A stretch of 64,000 nucleotides of DNA, from contig CM106586.1 in assembly GCA_048013815.1 (NCBI GenBank), positions 11,098,001 to 11,162,000 of the forward strand. Direction: 5' to 3'. The notes under the pieces were generated by a model. That model had not been told where the DNA came from, did no database searches, and saw only the letters and a program-made list of their open reading frames with translations. Each line of letters starts with the position of its first letter. The first letter of the stretch is position 1. Below are positions 60,100-64,000 of this stretch, piece by piece. Source of the stretch: Setoptus koraiensis (taxonomy: Eukaryota; Animalia; Arthropoda). The translations under genes and the position numbers were made by a program.

Positions 60100-61544
60100 A
60101 CGTCATATCTATAGCTATACAACAGTAATAAAGAAAACCAACAAATCAATCATCAGACCGTAAGGAGGTTAAGAACGTAGATATTTATACTTTAAGGAGA
60201 GATGTCACGAAATCGGTCAGACTTCTTTTCTTTATTATTCATTTATTATTATTATATTCCAGTTGCGACACCAGTTTCCACCCATCTCTTCGTTCAAAAT
60301 TCTCCAGTTTCATTTGCTATGCAAGATCCGCTCAAACGCGGCGAATTGGTATGAGTGTTCGTATCTGCCGCTTGCTGGTATTCAGTGTTATTCTTTAGGT
60401 TGTTTATTTCTATACTCGAACATTTGCTCTGATCACCCATCGACTTCGGACGAAAACGAGTTTCCACGTGTCATGACTCATGAGAGCGGCATCCATCTTG
60501 GTCGGGCCGAATCGGTAATGAGTGACAGCAGGGCAGGAACCTCCATCCGATTGTATGATTATGGATGTTTGTCATGCTCTATTGAGCTTCGACATTAATA
60601 AATAATTTTGCACTGAACCTCTCTTGAATCTGTCTGGAGTTCTATTCTTTTGTGCTTGCTGAGTAGTGCTTCGTAAATCTAGTTAAAAATACGAATACGT
60701 CAAACTAACTCGAGTGGAATTATTGACAAAACTACCATTCTATGATATCGTGGTGAAAAGGCCGCATAAAAAGGCTGAAAAGATCGCTACGAACCTTGGA
60801 TGCTGAATAAGCGGACGCCTCAAGAAGACCTATGCGAGTTTTATAGCGGCAATCCATTCTTATGAATGGGCCGTAAAGACGCCAATCAAACTCCGGAAGT
60901 GGAGTATGATCTTTTTCATATCCATAGTCAACTGATGTTGTGCCTGACACAGCTTAGATGTCATCGTTACAACACATGAAAATCCACAACATTGGCGACG
61001 TTGTGGATTCAACGAAACTTGTGTGGTTAGATAGGCTTCCCCAATTATTTCCGTACAAGTTGAAGAGAGTCTTGACAATTTATGGTGATACTGTGCCGCA
61101 CACAAGCACAGAATGTTCAACTGATTTGTGTGTGCTGTCTGCTTTTGGTGTCTCGCGTGTGTTGTATGTGCGCCAACCTCCTGCAGCGATGTGTGTGTGT
61201 CGGCATGCGCTAAACCACAATCTGTGCTCATCGACTCGCCTACTGTTCACGTCTGAAAATGCTCTGCGAAAAGTACGGTTCGCGTGTGAATAGCGCTGCG
61301 AGCGCATTCACGAAACAGAATAGTCGGCAGGCGAGTGGAGCTGAAGCGCAGCCGAAACGAAGCCGAATATGCCTATGCCCTCATGATCCATATGTCGTGA
61401 GGAACGAAGCGTCATCAGAAACAGCCACAATCCCAATTTGGTATCATATGTAGCTGCACACAGTTATTATTTATTTATTTATTTATTATCGATCTCATAA
61501 GCCGACAAAAATATTTATTTATAGACTAGAACATACAAGCCAAT

Positions 61545-62600
61545 ATGTTCGATTATGCTTTATTCAACGTGGACAACGGCTACCTCGAGGGAGTTGTGAG
61601 AGGCTTCAAGGATGGTATTTTGAAGCGTGGTGATTATCAAAATTTGGTGCAATGTGAAACTTTGGAAGACCTAAAAGTTCATTTACAAACAACTAATTAT
61701 GGCAATATATTGGCAAACGAATCTATTGTAAACGTCTCGGTAATCGAAGACAAATTAAGAGAGCAAGCTTGTCGAGAATTCCAATACCTACGCGCACAAG
61801 CATCGGGACCTCTGGCCACCTTTCTTGATTTCATCACTTACTCTTACATGATAGACAATATAATATTATTGATAACTGGAACCTTGCACCAGAGGCCCAT
61901 AGGCGAACTCATACCTAAATGTCATCCACTGGGCAGTTTCGATCAAATGGCGGCCATACATGTCGCACAAACGCCCGCCGAATTGTACAATGCCGTATTA
62001 GTTGATACACCTTTGGCACAATTCTTTTCTGATTCTGTCGCCGAAGAGGATCTAGATGAGTTAAATATTGAAATTATTCGAAATACTCTATACAAGTCAT
62101 ATCTTGAATCATTTTATGACTTTTGTAAAAACAAAATTGGCGGACGAACGGGCGAAGTTATGTGCGAGATACTCGCCTTTGAGGCCGATCGTCGCTGTTT
62201 CATCATAACAATCAATTCATTTGGAACAGAACTCACAAAAGACGACAGAGCAAAGCTCTATCCAAGATGTGGTCACTTGTTCCCGTATGGACTAACATCC
62301 TTGGCGCGTGCAGACGAATATGAGCAAGTGAGGCAAGTGGCTGACTTCATAAACGAATATCGCATTCTATTTGAGGGTTCCAGTGATGGTAGCTTAAACG
62401 ATGACAAAACTCTAGAAGACAGGTTCTTCGAGCACGAAGTCAGGCTTAATGTCAACGCATTCATGCAACAGTTTCACTTTGGAGTCTTTTATTCCTACAT
62501 CAAATTGAAAGAACAAGAGATACGTAATATTGTCTGGATAGCCGAATGTGTTGCTCAGAAACACAGAGCCAAAATTGATAATTACATACCAATATATTGA
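61545..62600 (+). CDS. ATP6V0D1: V-type proton ATPase V0 subunit d, intronless, 351 aa
   Basis: [71 protein letters not shown]. Family-typical length. Confidence 0.98.
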   Translation: MFDYALFNVDNGYLEGVVRGFKDGILKRGDYQNLVQCETLEDLKVHLQTTNYGNILANESIVNVSVIEDKLREQACREFQYLRAQASGPLATFLDFITYSYMIDNIILLITGTLHQRPIGELIPKCHPLGSFDQMAAIHVAQTPAELYNAVLVDTPLAQFFSDSVAEEDLDELNIEIIRNTLYKSYLESFYDFCKNKIGGRTGEVMCEILAFEADRRCFIITINSFGTELTKDDRAKLYPRCGHLFPYGLTSLARADEYEQVRQVADFINEYRILFEGSSDGSLNDDKTLEDRFFEHEVRLNVNAFMQQFHFGVFYSYIKLKEQEIRNIVWIAECVAQKHRAKIDNYIPIY

Positions 62601-62658
62601 TCATTTACAATAATATTGCACTGTATACAAGACACGGCTCTACACAAGCTAAGTTATT

Positions 62659-63858
62659 GGAATAGGGCCGTTTCATCAACGCACATTTCATTTTCGTACA
62701 ATTCCTCGACATGTCATAGAACTGTCTTTTCGTAGAACGAGTATTTCACAATCGTGCATTTCATACAGATGTAATTTAATGCTAGAGATACCTTTGTTCA
62801 TTACTGTGAGAGAAGATGCAAATTTTTCAGGCCCTCTCTTTAGTGTCGCCAATAATCGTATAGGTGAAAAGAAAGCTGTATTAAAACAATGGCGAGAGGA
62901 AGGGTCAGCAACGAGTTTTGGAACATTCGAAGATAGCTTTGAACAAGCGAAAATCATACTTGGATTATCGTTGAACAACCAGTTTTAGACAACAATGACC
63001 CAGCTAGTCTTATTGGTGTGGCCACATTAAAAAGGCTGGAACGCGAGTCACATTTCGCCAGTTACAATAGATATCACTAAACACAATGAATGGTCAAAAT
63101 GTGACTCAATCCATGCAGTCTGGTCCAGCTATGTGTAGCAATCATGATTAGAACGACTCTCGATTGGCATAGTCCATCAGCATTATCGTTGATAAACACT
63201 GCTTCTTACTCGCATTACTCCCCTTCGGGCCCCCAGGCTCATTAGATGGAAACTCCAGTTATTGTAGCTCATTTCAGCTTTCATCACGCGATCGCGTTAA
63301 TAGCCACCCGAAGACCAAAGTGACGTTCATTGAGTCTAGGCCATATCGGTCTTTTAAATCTAATTATGTGCCATGAGCGAGGACCTAGCTTGATGGCTTA
63401 ATCGTTTGGCGACCCGGATATTAATGTTGACAATTTCAGGCCAAAACTACAGACTGGCCTTGTTTTATGTCCAGGAAAATAAGTTGACTGTCTTGGAAGA
63501 AGTACCATTATTGGGCCCCAGAAAATTAAGACGGCTACACATTCAGGAATGAAATTATCTCCATGTGACTCAGCGACTGCATTTTAATTGAGTTAATTCT
63601 TAGGAACCTTTTCAGTTGAAATTATCTATTTATTTATCTATTATGTCACTATCATTTAACTTAAAACTATCGGCGAATCACGGAAGGTTTGAAAATCGCG
63701 ACATCAATTGAAAAATGTTAGCGAGAAGTAAACTCAGAATTGGGTTAAAACAATTAAGTCACCATGGAACACCAGATCGAATTAACTAAATGCATTTATA
63801 ATGCAAAAAAATGGAAGATATTTCCAATAAATTGAACGCGGATAGCGGAATGTTGCAC
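62659..63858 (-). mobile_element. Decayed LINE-like RT relic, copy C, starting about 60 nt after the V-ATPase d stop codon
   Basis: Direct repeat of 55455-56656 with essentially the same end points (ggaatagg...gttgcac). Confidence 0.6.
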
Positions 63859-64000
63859 TGTATCAGTTTGTTTATTTTCACTTAGAGAACTCTTCTAATG
63901 TTAATGACACCTACATCCACCCTGTTTCGTCAATGCTGCGAGAATGAGGTCCTCAAGTTTATTAATCTATGATGGTCAAATCATTCTGAGCCTTGGGTTG

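Noticed and set aside
61545-62600. V-ATPase d as a processed pseudogene or retrocopy
   Set aside because: Full-length intact frame with conserved motifs and no poly(A) remnant. The other conserved genes here are also intronless.
55455-63858. LTR retrotransposon (two LTRs plus an internal region)
   Set aside because: No TG...CA ends, primer-binding site or gag/pol are evident. The interior holds ordinary host genes, and the repeats themselves look like RT coding relics.

Overview
Eukaryotic (animal, very probably arthropod) genomic DNA. No prokaryotic features, CRISPR arrays, rRNA or tRNA were seen. Compact AT-rich gene blocks (about 13-22 kb, 30.8-35.5 kb, 58.8-62.6 kb) alternate with GC/CpG-rich, microsatellite-rich, apparently non-coding domains (about 2-12.6 kb, 23-29.5 kb, 37-55 kb). 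Confident genes: GPAT3/4, GID4, a LUC7-like gene, a ZSWIM4/5/6-type gene and V-ATPase subunit d. All are intronless except LUC7, which has one 78-nt intron. This extreme intron poverty suggests a genome-reduced mite such as an eriophyoid (inference). Two spliced genes absent from the ORF track were assembled by hand: a secreted Gly/Tyr-rich protein and a 351-aa signal-peptide protein ending in KEEL. A clear miR-184 precursor lies at about 55.0 kb, with weaker miR-33-like and miR-315-like hairpins elsewhere. Three copies of a decayed non-LTR-RT-like repeat are present: an inverted pair brackets miR-184, and a direct pair brackets the KEEL gene and V-ATPase d. The non-coding domains hold several perfect or near-perfect 19-30 bp inverted repeats of unrelated sequence. 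All folds, alignments and family calls were made by eye from memory and need computational confirmation.
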